Below, one piece after another: positions 32,457 to 41,081 of a stretch of 59,818 bases of DNA. The notes under the pieces were generated by a model. It did no database searches, had not been told where the DNA came from, and worked only from the letters and a program-made list of their open reading frames with translations. This DNA is from Methanobacteriota archaeon (lineage in GTDB: Archaea > Halobacteriota > Syntropharchaeia > Alkanophagales > Methanospirareceae), in assembly GCA_034660015.1 (NCBI GenBank), contig JAYEII010000142.1:1-59818 (forward strand), in the 5' to 3' direction. Both the position numbers and the translations under genes were made by a program. Each line of letters begins with the position of its first letter. The stretch's first letter is position 1.

Positions 32457-34568
32457 ATGAAATTGGGAAACATGAAAGTTGGACCGAAATTGTTTGCGGG
32501 CTTTGGCATCGTGCTGGTATTGACGGCAGCACTGGGAATAGTTGCATTTTTGCAAATAGGTACCATGTCCGACCAAAGCGACATGATGGGAAGCGCGGCA
32601 GACCTGAAGGCGGAAATGAAAACGGTCAGGCAGCAGGAAAAGAACTATATAATGAGGGAAGACCAGGCGAGCATTGACAAGAACAACGAAGCCCTGGCAA
32701 AGGTAAAGAGCCTGGCAACTGAGCTTGCAGGAATGGTGCAAACCGTGGAAAGCAAAGCGGCAGTAGAGGAAGTCAAGACAACGATTCCGAAGTATGAGAG
32801 TGCCTTTGATGAGCTTCAGGCACTTACAGACACCAAAGAGGAGCAAATAGCAGCCGTCAGAGGCAATGCACGCGATTTAGAGAGTATAATAAGAGGCAGT
32901 TCCGCCGACCAGGCGACCAAAGATGCGATGATAATCAATATGTTAACTATCAGGCGAGCGAGAAAGGACTACATAATAAAAGGGGACGAGAAATATGTTA
33001 CACAAGTATCTGAAGAGCTAAACAACTTGAAGGCAGATGCCGATGCAGCTGCGATTACGGAAGCGGAAAAGAGTGCAATCAAAACCGGAGCAGATAAATC
33101 TCTGAAGCTTTTCTCGGCATACGTGAGCACCACGAAAGACGTTGCTGAGATCCAGTCAACCGACGGTCCGCTGGTGCAGTCAGGACGTGGGATAGATGCA
33201 GCGGCAACTACTCTGCTTGGGAATGCAGAGGCAGACTCAGCAAAGGCAGCGTCAACAGCCACTATGTTTGTGATAGCATTTATTATCGCAGCGATCGCAG
33301 TGGGCGTAGGAATCGCAGTTGTCGTTACCAGATCAATCGTCGGACCAGTTACCGAAGTGGTAAGAGTGATGAAGAATTTTGCGGCTGGTAAACTCGGCAC
33401 GAGAGCGGAGACAAAAGCATCAGGCGAACTCCTCGAAATGACCAACACCTTGAACCGGTTCGGAGACGATTTGCAGGGTATTATCAAAGACATCGGTAAA
33501 GTGACGGGGAACATGGCAGCAGGGGACTTGAACGCAGATTTCACCGCAGAGACACCCGGGGAATTCAATGAGATAAGGGACAACATCAACCAGGCAAACG
33601 CGAGTTTATCGGATTTGATCGGTGAGCTGGGAGGCGCGGTGGAGAACGTCGCATCGGTAGGCAAAGAATCTGCTTCCTCTGTCGAGCAGGTGAATTCCGG
33701 TATGCAGCAGATTTCTTCAGCATCGCAGCAAATAGCAAAAGGCGCTCAGGAAACTTCGGGCACCGTAAACGAATCGGCAAAGGAGATTAAGGATACGAAC
33801 GCAGTGTTACAACAGGTGCAGTCGCATGCAGAAGAATCCAACAAGTTCGCCGTGGAGAGTGCGGAAAACGCAAAAGAGATGAATGAAGCAGCTAAGAAAT
33901 CAGCAGAAGGAATGAAGGAGATACAGGAAGCTATCGGTGATACTGTGGAGGTAATTAAGAACCTGGGCAGTTCATTAGAGCAAGTAGGAAAGACCACAGA
34001 GATGATAGAAAGCATTGCCGACCAGACGAATCTATTAGCGTTGAACGCGGCGATAGAAGCCGCACGTGCCGGAGAACATGGACGTGGTTTTGCGGTCGTT
34101 GCCGAAGAAGTGCGAAAACTGGCAGAGAACTCTAGGCAGTCCACCGCAGAAATTGATACAATGATAAGTAGCTTACAAGAGGAGATGGAAAAAGTCATAA
34201 AAGCTACGGACAGCGTCACGCAGCGTGCCGACGTAGGTCGTGAGGACCTCGACAAAGTGGTGGAAAGTGTAGAAAAAACCGCAGGCATGATCAGGGACAT
34301 CAAGGGCAGGATGGGGCAAATCACCGAGGGTGCGAGAAAGGGTGCGGAAAGCATAGACAAAGTATCAAAGGGCGTGGACGAGATTGCAAGCTCTTCCGAG
34401 GAGAGCGCATCATCATCAGAAGAAAGCTCTTCCGCAGTAGAGGAGCAAACGGCAGCCATAGAACAGCTCAGCGGCGGCATGCAGAAACTTTCGGAAATTG
34501 CTGACCAGGCAACGGAGATGATTGGGAAATTCAAATTGAATGAGAACGGGGGCAAGAAACAGGAATAA
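32457..34568 (+). CDS. transmembrane methyl-accepting chemotaxis protein (4-helix-bundle sensor, HAMP, MCP signalling domain)
   Basis: Two TM helices, HAMP regions, the conserved hairpin-tip region [39 protein letters not shown], and a [20 protein letters not shown] tail. Confidence 0.92.
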   Translation: MKLGNMKVGPKLFAGFGIVLVLTAALGIVAFLQIGTMSDQSDMMGSAADLKAEMKTVRQQEKNYIMREDQASIDKNNEALAKVKSLATELAGMVQTVESKAAVEEVKTTIPKYESAFDELQALTDTKEEQIAAVRGNARDLESIIRGSSADQATKDAMIINMLTIRRARKDYIIKGDEKYVTQVSEELNNLKADADAAAITEAEKSAIKTGADKSLKLFSAYVSTTKDVAEIQSTDGPLVQSGRGIDAAATTLLGNAEADSAKAASTATMFVIAFIIAAIAVGVGIAVVVTRSIVGPVTEVVRVMKNFAAGKLGTRAETKASGELLEMTNTLNRFGDDLQGIIKDIGKVTGNMAAGDLNADFTAETPGEFNEIRDNINQANASLSDLIGELGGAVENVASVGKESASSVEQVNSGMQQISSASQQIAKGAQETSGTVNESAKEIKDTNAVLQQVQSHAEESNKFAVESAENAKEMNEAAKKSAEGMKEIQEAIGDTVEVIKNLGSSLEQVGKTTEMIESIADQTNLLALNAAIEAARAGEHGRGFAVVAEEVRKLAENSRQSTAEIDTMISSLQEEMEKVIKATDSVTQRADVGREDLDKVVESVEKTAGMIRDIKGRMGQITEGARKGAESIDKVSKGVDEIASSSEESASSSEESSSAVEEQTAAIEQLSGGMQKLSEIADQATEMIGKFKLNENGGKKQE

Positions 34569-34572
34569 AGGA

Positions 34573-34682
34573 GGGACTAGGGACTAGGGACTAGGCAATA
34601 GGGGTAAGGGTTTAGTCCCTTGTCCCTATTGGCTATTGGCTACGTGGCTATGTGGCTATTCGCTACTTGGCTATTCGCTATT
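34573..34682. repeat. G-type hairpin: (GGGACTA)n/(GGCAATA) arm against a (CTATTGG/CTATTCG/CTATGTGG)n arm
   Basis: GGGACTAGGGACTAGGGACTAGGCAATAGGGGTAAGGGTTTAGTCCCTTGTCCCTATTGGCTATTGGCTACGTGGCTATGTGGCTATTCGC..., followed directly by TTTTAGGAGGAGGTGAG (RBS) and cheW. Confidence 0.85.
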
Positions 34683-34705
34683 TTAGGAGGAGGTGAGAAA
34701 TAAAA

Positions 34706-35242
34706 ATGGAAGAAAAAATGGGAATGGGAATGGGAATGGAAAAAGAGGAAGTAAAAGAAAAAGCAGAAGTAGAAGGAAGTGGGGTAAACCAGCAGCAATT
34801 AGTGGTCTTCAAGCTCGGTGGCGAGGATTTCGGCGTTGACATCAATCAAGTGCGCGAGATAATAAGAAAAGGGGCTGCTACGGTGGTTCCAAACGCTCCT
34901 GGGTACGTTAAAGGTGTGATAAATCTCAGGGGGGTGATAACAACGATTATAGACCTGAGAAGAAAGTTAGGGTTGGCAGAGAAGGAAGCGGGTGATGAGC
35001 AACAAGAGCGCGTAATCGTGGTTGAGGTGAACAAAAATACCGTCGGGATGGCTGTTGACGCTGTGACAGAGGTAACCTATCTCTCAGAAAGCGACATAGA
35101 CGAAGTGCCGGCAATGGTAAAAGAGAATATAGGGACGGAGTATCTAAGGGGAGTAGGAAAACTGCCGGATAAACTGCTCATCCTGATAGACCTGAAGCGC
35201 GTGCTAAACGGAGAGGAAATGAATGTGCTGCAACCCGCATAG
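34706..35242 (+). CDS. cheW: chemotaxis coupling protein CheW
   Basis: CheW domain (LVVFKLGGEDFGVDINQVREI...VKGVINLRG...IDL). About 93% identical to the 45071..45604 product. Confidence 0.92.
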   Translation: MEEKMGMGMGMEKEEVKEKAEVEGSGVNQQQLVVFKLGGEDFGVDINQVREIIRKGAATVVPNAPGYVKGVINLRGVITTIIDLRRKLGLAEKEAGDEQQERVIVVEVNKNTVGMAVDAVTEVTYLSESDIDEVPAMVKENIGTEYLRGVGKLPDKLLILIDLKRVLNGEEMNVLQPA

Positions 35243-35317
35243 CAACATGAGAAATCACATCTCAAATCTATAAAAAGTTTGGAATTTGGGATTTTCTGAT
35301 AGGAGTTGAGAATAAAA

Positions 35318-35590
35318 ATGGAAGAAGAAAAAGAAAAAACATGGGCCTGGCTAATGCCGAGCGGGAAGATATATAAAGTGGTGACAAACCCGGGGGAGGG
35401 AACGATAGACGTCTATGATGAAGACAGAAAGTTGGTGAGTAAAGAAGAGAAACTGAGCGAAGAGGCGATAAGCCTCCTTGAGAAAATCTTTCTCGAAACC
35501 GCAGCATCAGAAGTTGGAGGGAAAGAAAAAGGAATGGAAAAGGGAGAAGGAACTGAAAACGAGCTTGGGATTGCGATGTACATACGATAA
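35318..35590 (+). CDS. small conserved hypothetical protein (paralog of 8082..8360)
   Basis: MEEEKEKTWAWLMPSGKIYKVVTNPGEGTIDVYDEDRKLV...IFLET...MYIR. Confidence 0.65.
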   Translation: MEEEKEKTWAWLMPSGKIYKVVTNPGEGTIDVYDEDRKLVSKEEKLSEEAISLLEKIFLETAASEVGGKEKGMEKGEGTENELGIAMYIR

Positions 35591-35629
35591 GAAGTAACTG
35601 CTCAATCTTCAGTTGACTTATAGGTTAGG

Positions 35630-35710
35630 TTCCAAATGGGTGCATTACGCTACAGGATTGCCTTACCTCAATTCTGCATGTTTTCCTCCTTAGTAATGCA
35701 CCCTTTGGAA
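35630..35710. repeat. unique 18-bp-stem hairpin (TTCCAAATGGGTGCATTAC ... GTAATGCACCCTTTGGAA) with a ~44-nt loop
   Basis: The arms are complementary with a single-base bulge. The 8-nt word TGCTCAAT occurs on both sides (35599-35606 and 35721-35728). Confidence 0.6.
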
Positions 35711-35767
35711 TTTTTGTAATTGCTCAATATCTAAGGGGTATAAAATTCTAAGCACTAAACTCTAAAT

Positions 35768-35810
35768 AAGCCCCTACTGGGCTTGCGGGGTTACCGGGGC
35801 AGAGCCCCTG
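35768..35810 (+). repeat. H-type GC-rich double-hairpin module (AAGCCCCTACTGGGCTTGCGGGGTTACCGGGGCAGAGCCCCTG)
   Basis: Related copies at 35886-35927, 45731-45772 and 54917-54957. Confidence 0.7.
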
Positions 35811-35885
35811 TCTAAACAAACTCCAATATCTAAACTCAAAATTCAAACAAACCTTTCTTTTGGGATTTTGGTATTGTTTAGGATT

Positions 35886-35927
35886 AAACCCTTTCAGGGC
35901 TTGCGGGGACGTGGGCAGAGCCCACGA
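35886..35927 (+). repeat. H-type GC-rich double-hairpin module (AAACCCTTTCAGGGCTTGCGGGGACGTGGGCAGAGCCCACG)
   Basis: CGTGGGC-AGA-GCCCACG forms a perfect 7-bp stem. It abuts a reversed single-unit A-arm (GTTAATCTGTGTC). Confidence 0.7.
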
Positions 35928-35980
35928 GCGTTAATCTGTGTCAACAATATATTTACTATTTTCTTGTGGAATCACCCTTT

Positions 35981-36229
35981 TCATTCCTCCAAATACGCCA
36001 TACCTGAACTGATATTGAAGCAAATCGTGAATCTTTCGAGCAAACGCTTGAAACCAAGAATCAAAGGAACTCTATCGCCAATCGCACAAAACGCATAGAA
36101 TTCAACCTCTTTCGTACGATTCAAATCCTCATCAAAAAGCATTCCTTTAATAACGCTCACTTTCACTGGCAGACTGCATTCCTTCTTGGCAACAATCCCA
36201 CGAATCGAATGTTTCGCCTTCTCTTCCAC
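35981..36229 (-). CDS. hypothetical protein; the C-terminus resembles the end of retropepsin-like aspartyl protease domains (weak)
   Basis: AIGDRVPLILGFKRLLERFTICFNISSGMAYLE. The reading frame stays open upstream as far as the TAG that ends the 36308..36532 ORF, so the true start is unclear. Confidence 0.35.
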   Translation of the reverse strand: MEEKAKHSIRGIVAKKECSLPVKVSVIKGMLFDEDLNRTKEVEFYAFCAIGDRVPLILGFKRLLERFTICFNISSGMAYLEE

Positions 36230-36307
36230 TTGAATCCCCTCCCAGATATATTTTGGAATTTTAAATCCAATTCCGGGTCTATCAGTTTCTTTATCCGAAT
36301 TCGCAAC

Positions 36308-36532
36308 CTAATAGACATTTGCTCCACTTTCTACGAAAATTACTGGAATTTCCTCTCTATTCTTCCCAGTAAGCTTTGATGCTTTCTCTTTCACATATTT
36401 TAAGTCATCACCTGCCACAATGACCTCCCTGTTCATTATTGCAACCCATAGATCTCTGAACTTCAGTTGCAGGCTTTTATAATTGTCGAGACCCCACTTC
36501 ATATCTTCCATGAAAGTCTTTTGGATTTCCAT
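36308..36532 (-). CDS. small DUF5678-like protein
   Basis: KFRDLWVAIMNREVIVAGDDLKYVKEKASKLTGKNREEIPVIFVE fits the ~70-aa archaeal family pattern. Confidence 0.55.
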   Translation of the reverse strand: MEIQKTFMEDMKWGLDNYKSLQLKFRDLWVAIMNREVIVAGDDLKYVKEKASKLTGKNREEIPVIFVESGANVY

Positions 36533-36649
36533 TTTCCCTCACTCTAATATTATCTAATTGCATTCCTTATATAAATAGATTCATTCATCAATGCTATATT
36601 TAACTCCCTCTATATGTTCTCGAATAATTTTTACAGCTTCGAGTGTTTT

Positions 36650-36689
36650 CATCTGCGTTAATCTGTGTTAATCTGCGTTAATCTGTGTC
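36650..36689 (-). repeat. A-type left arm (three units) in minus orientation, at the 3' end of the decayed ATPase gene
   Basis: The minus strand reads TAG-ACACAGATTAACGCAGATTAACACAGATTAACGCAGATG. The TAG is the stop codon of the ORF. Confidence 0.85.
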
Positions 36690-37345
36690 TATAATTTATT
36701 TTCTATTTTCTTGTCATGCCCTAACAGCCACTTCCAGAGCGGCACAAAACGTATTTTTTTACCTTTTATTTCCTCCTCTTCCTCATAGTCCCATGTGATA
36801 ACGAGCAAATCAGTGCATTTTAACTCTTTGCTTGCTTTTATCAATTTACCAATATTCTCCGAGAACCTGAATCCCCGCACATAATAGAATCCCGTATCTA
36901 TTATATAGACTTTTCTTACAGACCGGATTTGCTTAAAAGCAGAGTATCCAAACTTTTTTTTTCCAATTTCTCTATCTCTCTTATCCCAAATCTCCTTACT
37001 ATGTCTTTTGCAGTTATATCCTCGAAATAATTCGTTAAGAGCGCTCTTTTTCTTGTGGGTGAATCAGAGAGCACCACTTCGGGGAATCCACCATATTTCA
37101 AATAGATGTCAAACAGGCTAAGTATTTTTATTCTGTTTTTAAATTGTTAACGTACAAATAAGCGATGGATGATTTCCCTGCTCTTCTCACGCCAGATAAA
37201 ACAAGAGCTACTTTGGCACCAAATAAACTTTTCATTCTGGTTAGATATGCGGGTCTATCAATCAGTTTTTCATCGAAATTCCCCCAGAAGTTTCAATCTA
37301 CTAATATTTCCAATATCTCTCTTTCGTTCATATTAAATATATTTG
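36689..37345 (-). pseudogene. decayed DUF4143-type AAA ATPase gene (fragments in several frames, internal deletions)
   Basis: C-terminal fragment KASKELKCTDLLVITWDYEEEEEIKGKKIRFVPLWKWLL, middle fragment GGFPEVVLSD...YFEDITAKDIVRRF, and an N-terminal fragment with a Walker A remnant read antisense to 37165..37350. Confidence 0.75.
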
Positions 37346-37434
37346 CATAGAAATACTTAAAGTTTATCGGTCAAATGTAATAAAAACTTACCGATGTATT
37401 TTCACTTTCATCTCCATAGTATATAAGATAACAA

Positions 37435-37520
37435 GACACTGATGGATTTTTTCTTTTTTTGTTGGACTGGGCTAACGGCATTGCTCTTTTTATCTGCGTT
37501 AATCAGTGTTAATCTGTGTC
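37435..37520 (-). repeat. A-type element (degenerate right arm) in minus orientation, upstream of the decayed ATPase gene
   Basis: The minus strand reads GACACAGATTAACACTGATTAACGCAGAT...CCGTTAGCCCAGTCCAACAAAAAAAGAAAAAATCCATCAGTGTC. Confidence 0.75.
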
Positions 37521-37530
37521 TATAAAATTT

Positions 37531-37603
37531 AATTTTTATTTCAAATATCTTCAATAAAATTACAAATAACAGATAAAAAATTTTATCCCTACGAAAGGTT
37601 TTT
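37531..37603 (+). promoter_or_regulatory. conserved ~73-bp upstream block shared with 41082-41157; contains the inverted repeat GATAAAA-AA-TTTTATC
   Basis: AATTTTTATTTCAAATATCTTCAATAAAATTACAAATAACAGATAAAAAATTTTATCCCTACGAAAGGTTTTT is about 90% identical to the block upstream of the poly-HAMP MCP. Confidence 0.5.
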
Positions 37604-37652
37604 ATCCACTATTCAACTGTCAGAATTAATAAGCGCTATTCAAATACAATTC

Positions 37653-39980
37653 ATGAGCAGCAAAGCAGACGAGGGGAAGAGGAAAAAGCGAGAAAAAGGC
37701 TTTAAATTCGGGATTAGAGAGAAGATATTGATTATATTTTTGATAATTATTACGATATCCACGGCTGTTACGGGATACCTCGGTTCGAACACACTCGACA
37801 GTGCAGACAAGGCTGCCGTTTCCATAACGAGAGACGAATTAACATCAAGTGCAGAAACAGATCTTATGTTTTTAGCGGAAGATAAGGCACATGAGGTCGG
37901 CGAGTTCTGCTCCGAAGTTGCCCGTGACACGGCAGGTTCGGCATCTTATGTGTATCACGCCTTTACAGACGATACCTATGCGGATCTCACCTACAAGGGG
38001 GACCTATACGCTAACTTTGGCTACGCCGACTGGAAGCACGAGGCTAACAGGAACAGGATAAACGGGATTCTGGATGGAACTATCACTGACCCAATGTACG
38101 ACGAACTATTAGCTATATGTGATGATGCAAACGATACGAAGCTGAACACTGCCCTCAGGACGTTAGCAGCGGGCAGTTATGCGGAGCGACCAGCGAGCCA
38201 TAAGAAGGCATCCAGGATAAACGGCACTTTGTGGTCAAAGTTGATGAGTGTAAATACGTTAGTGAAGGTGAATAGCAAGAAAGGCACTTGCGACCAGTTC
38301 CTGTTGTACAACTTCATGTACGGGCTGCTGACAAAAGAGGCACAAAATGAGATTGACCAGTCTTTAATTGCCGAGGTGACAATAAGGAGTCAAATAGACA
38401 GCCATGATGATTATGATATGGTGAGGCTTGACTATTGGGGGAACACAACGTATTCTACGTCATTAATTTACTCGAAGAAGCCCATTATAATTCCACTGCC
38501 TTTTCATAATATATACTACTGTCCTAAGAACAAAGCGGTAAGAGAAAAAGGAGAAGGATTGGGACCCGTCTGGACAGTAATTGGGTGTACGGGGGAGCCG
38601 AGCATGACTTGCACCGTTCCGGTCTGCCGAGCCCCTCTTGAACCACTGAGCGAAGAAAATAAGATGGTTGGTGCCGTAACTTATTGGACCGACCTGACGA
38701 CACTGTCCGCGCGTATCGCAAGCATAACGGTGGAGGAGACGGGGTATGCGTTTATGGTAAATGATAAAGGATTAGCGATTGCACATCCAGACGCTCGCAT
38801 GCTGGAGATAGACCTCACAGCAGGCGAAACGGAGTTTAACACCGCGGTGAAGAAGATGGTGGAAGGAAGGAGCGGAATCGAACGGATTACGCATGAGGGA
38901 AAACCGTTTTACATCGCGTATGCACCGGTAGATATTACGGGCTGGAGCATTGCTCTGATGGCTCCTTTTGAAGAGGTTATTCAACCTGCGGTGGACGTGG
39001 CGAGTGAAATGGACGAGAAAACAAATACGCTGTATCTGTATCTCAGTACAGCAACGATATTGATTATAATGCTCGCAGCACTCGTAGGATATGTCGTTGC
39101 CAGTACGCTAACAAAACCCATAACAGATTTGGCAGAGGGCACAAAAGCCATTTCAAAGGGTGACCTTTCCCACAGGATTGAGATAGACCGAAAAGATGAG
39201 TTCGGCGAGCTGGCGACGGCATTTAACCACATGACCGTTTCATTGCAAGAACATATAGAAAAGCTCAAGGAAAGAACGGCAGAAGTGGAAAAACTCCTCA
39301 GGCATAAAGATGAATTTATAACCCAGTTAGGGCACGATTTAAAGACACCGTTAGCACCACTTGTGTCCTTGCTTCCCATGGTAGAGAAACGAGAAAAAGA
39401 CCCTAAATCGAAGGAACTGTTAGAAGTAACTATTCACAGTGTCAATTATATGAAAGACCTGGTTATTAAAACCTTACAGATCGCAAGGCTTTCTTCCCCT
39501 GATGTAGAGCGTAATATCGAAGATATAAATCTCTTGCAGGGGGCCAATAATGTTATCGGAAGTGAAAAATACATTGTTAAGGAGAAAGGCATCAAGATAG
39601 AAAATAAAATCAACGACAAAATCAGTGTCAAAGCAGATAAACAAAGATTTGAAGAACTATTTGGCAATATTGTTACTAATGCCGTAAAATTCACGCCGGA
39701 TGGCGGTGGCACTATTACCATTGATGCGAAGGAAGATAAAGATTTTATTACCGTATCAGTTAAGGATACAGGCATTGGCATAACCGGGGAACAATTAGAA
39801 CATATCTTTGACGAGTTTTACAAGGCTGACGAATCCCGGCATGAACTGGACTCTTCAGGTCTTGGGCTTTCTATCTGTAAGCGTATTGTGGAACAGCATG
39901 GAGGAAAGATAAGGGCAGAAAGCCAGGGGCAGGGTATGGGCACCACCATTTATTTCACGCTTAAATCCGGTGATGAATGA
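37653..39980 (+). CDS. transmembrane sensor histidine kinase (large extracytoplasmic Cache-like domain, HAMP, HisKA, HATPase_c)
   Basis: TM1, a ~400-aa outside domain, TM2, HAMP (PITDLAEGTKAISKGDLSHRIEIDRKDEFGELATAFNHM), H-box ITQLGHDLKTPL, and G-boxes DTGIGI and GLGLSICKRIV. Confidence 0.88.
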   Translation: MSSKADEGKRKKREKGFKFGIREKILIIFLIIITISTAVTGYLGSNTLDSADKAAVSITRDELTSSAETDLMFLAEDKAHEVGEFCSEVARDTAGSASYVYHAFTDDTYADLTYKGDLYANFGYADWKHEANRNRINGILDGTITDPMYDELLAICDDANDTKLNTALRTLAAGSYAERPASHKKASRINGTLWSKLMSVNTLVKVNSKKGTCDQFLLYNFMYGLLTKEAQNEIDQSLIAEVTIRSQIDSHDDYDMVRLDYWGNTTYSTSLIYSKKPIIIPLPFHNIYYCPKNKAVREKGEGLGPVWTVIGCTGEPSMTCTVPVCRAPLEPLSEENKMVGAVTYWTDLTTLSARIASITVEETGYAFMVNDKGLAIAHPDARMLEIDLTAGETEFNTAVKKMVEGRSGIERITHEGKPFYIAYAPVDITGWSIALMAPFEEVIQPAVDVASEMDEKTNTLYLYLSTATILIIMLAALVGYVVASTLTKPITDLAEGTKAISKGDLSHRIEIDRKDEFGELATAFNHMTVSLQEHIEKLKERTAEVEKLLRHKDEFITQLGHDLKTPLAPLVSLLPMVEKREKDPKSKELLEVTIHSVNYMKDLVIKTLQIARLSSPDVERNIEDINLLQGANNVIGSEKYIVKEKGIKIENKINDKISVKADKQRFEELFGNIVTNAVKFTPDGGGTITIDAKEDKDFITVSVKDTGIGITGEQLEHIFDEFYKADESRHELDSSGLGLSICKRIVEQHGGKIRAESQGQGMGTTIYFTLKSGDE

Positions 39981-40044
39981 GATAGCTAAGTATAGAGTGG
40001 TATATAAAGATTTGGAGGAAAAATATGGTAAGGAGGAAAGGCAG

Positions 40045-40434
40045 ATGAAGAAAAAGGTTATGATAGTGGACGACGAGTACCCTATCCGGTTTATTGTAAG
40101 AGAAATTTTTGAACCTGAAGGGTTTGAAGTGGTTACTGCCGGTAGTGGAAGAGAATGCCTTGAAGAGCTGGAAAAAGGATTCAAGGGCGTGATACTCATG
40201 GACATCATGATGCCGCAGATGGATGGATGGGATACAATAAGAGCGATAGTTGATAGAGGATTTATCGAAGGGAATATAATTGCTATGCTCACGGCAAAAG
40301 ACGTGCCAGACCAAAAAATGGAGGGGCTGCAAGAATATGTGATAGATTATATAACAAAACTATTTGAGCCCGATGAACTCGTAGCTACCGTTGAAGAATA
40401 TTTCTCATGCCTAAATCTAAACACAAAAGAATAA
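40045..40434 (+). CDS. single-domain response regulator (receiver)
   Basis: The RBS AAGGAGGA precedes ATG 40045. VMIVDDE...ILMDIMMPQMDG...LTAK...ITK. Confidence 0.85.
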   Translation: MKKKVMIVDDEYPIRFIVREIFEPEGFEVVTAGSGRECLEELEKGFKGVILMDIMMPQMDGWDTIRAIVDRGFIEGNIIAMLTAKDVPDQKMEGLQEYVIDYITKLFEPDELVATVEEYFSCLNLNTKE

Positions 40435-40449
40435 AGAGGGGTAATAACA

Positions 40450-41022
40450 ATGCAGACAAAAAACACAGTTGTAATAATAGGTGCCTCCACCGGTGGATTT
40501 AAGATAGTGAGGAAAATATTTTCTGGTTTACCCGTGCTGAATGCAGGTATAATAATAGTTCAACACATGCTCTGGAGCGTCAATGGGGCATTTAAAGAAA
40601 AATTGAACGGAAACGCAGGGATGGAAGTAAAAATAGCTGACGATGGAGATGGTATCGAAGCAGGGAAGGCATATATAGCTCCAAGCGGGCTTCATCTACG
40701 ACTAAAAAATAATACAAAAATACGTTTATTCGACGATGGGAAAGTAAACGCCGTCCGTCCGTCAATTGACGTAACAATGAAATCTCTTAAAAGCGGACCC
40801 GAAGGCGGGATTATAGGTGTAATTCTCACGGGTATGGGGAAAGACGGAGTAGAGGGTATAAGTCATATTAAGAGCATCGGAGGAATTACAATCGCTCAAG
40901 ATAGAGACACAAGTGCAATTTACGGGATGCCAAAGGCAGCCGTTGAAACAGGAGACGTTGATTTTGCTCTAACACCAGAAGAAATAAGCGATAAACTAAT
41001 TGAAGTGTGTGGCGTGGCATAA
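40450..41022 (+). CDS. stand-alone CheB-type methylesterase catalytic domain (no receiver domain)
   Basis: The catalytic triad contexts are intact: GASTGG (Ser), VQHM (His) and GMGKDG (Asp). It is about 190 aa, whereas the full-length CheB at 47332..48426 is 364 aa. Confidence 0.85.
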   Translation: MQTKNTVVIIGASTGGFKIVRKIFSGLPVLNAGIIIVQHMLWSVNGAFKEKLNGNAGMEVKIADDGDGIEAGKAYIAPSGLHLRLKNNTKIRLFDDGKVNAVRPSIDVTMKSLKSGPEGGIIGVILTGMGKDGVEGISHIKSIGGITIAQDRDTSAIYGMPKAAVETGDVDFALTPEEISDKLIEVCGVA

Positions 41023-41081
41023 TGGAAAAATATATCCACATTTTATTGAGCACGTCCATCTCAACTTCACCTTAATAACCC

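Noticed and set aside
32969-34555. Long minus-strand ORFs (32969..33664, 33746..34555) antisense to the first MCP gene
   Set aside because: These are typical shadow ORFs of Ala/Ser/Glu-rich MCP coding sequence. Their low-complexity products have no domain signature, and the plus-strand MCP is unambiguous.
35768-35927. GC-rich hairpin modules read as tRNA or tRNA fragments (possible integration att sites)
   Set aside because: No cloverleaf can be drawn. There is no T-loop GTTCRANYC motif and no anticodon arm. Four dispersed copies with variable stems fit a repeat module better.
35868-36098. Plus-strand ORF 35868..36098 (76 aa)
   Set aside because: It spans repeat modules and is antisense to the 35981..36229 ORF. 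It has no RBS and no recognisable motif.
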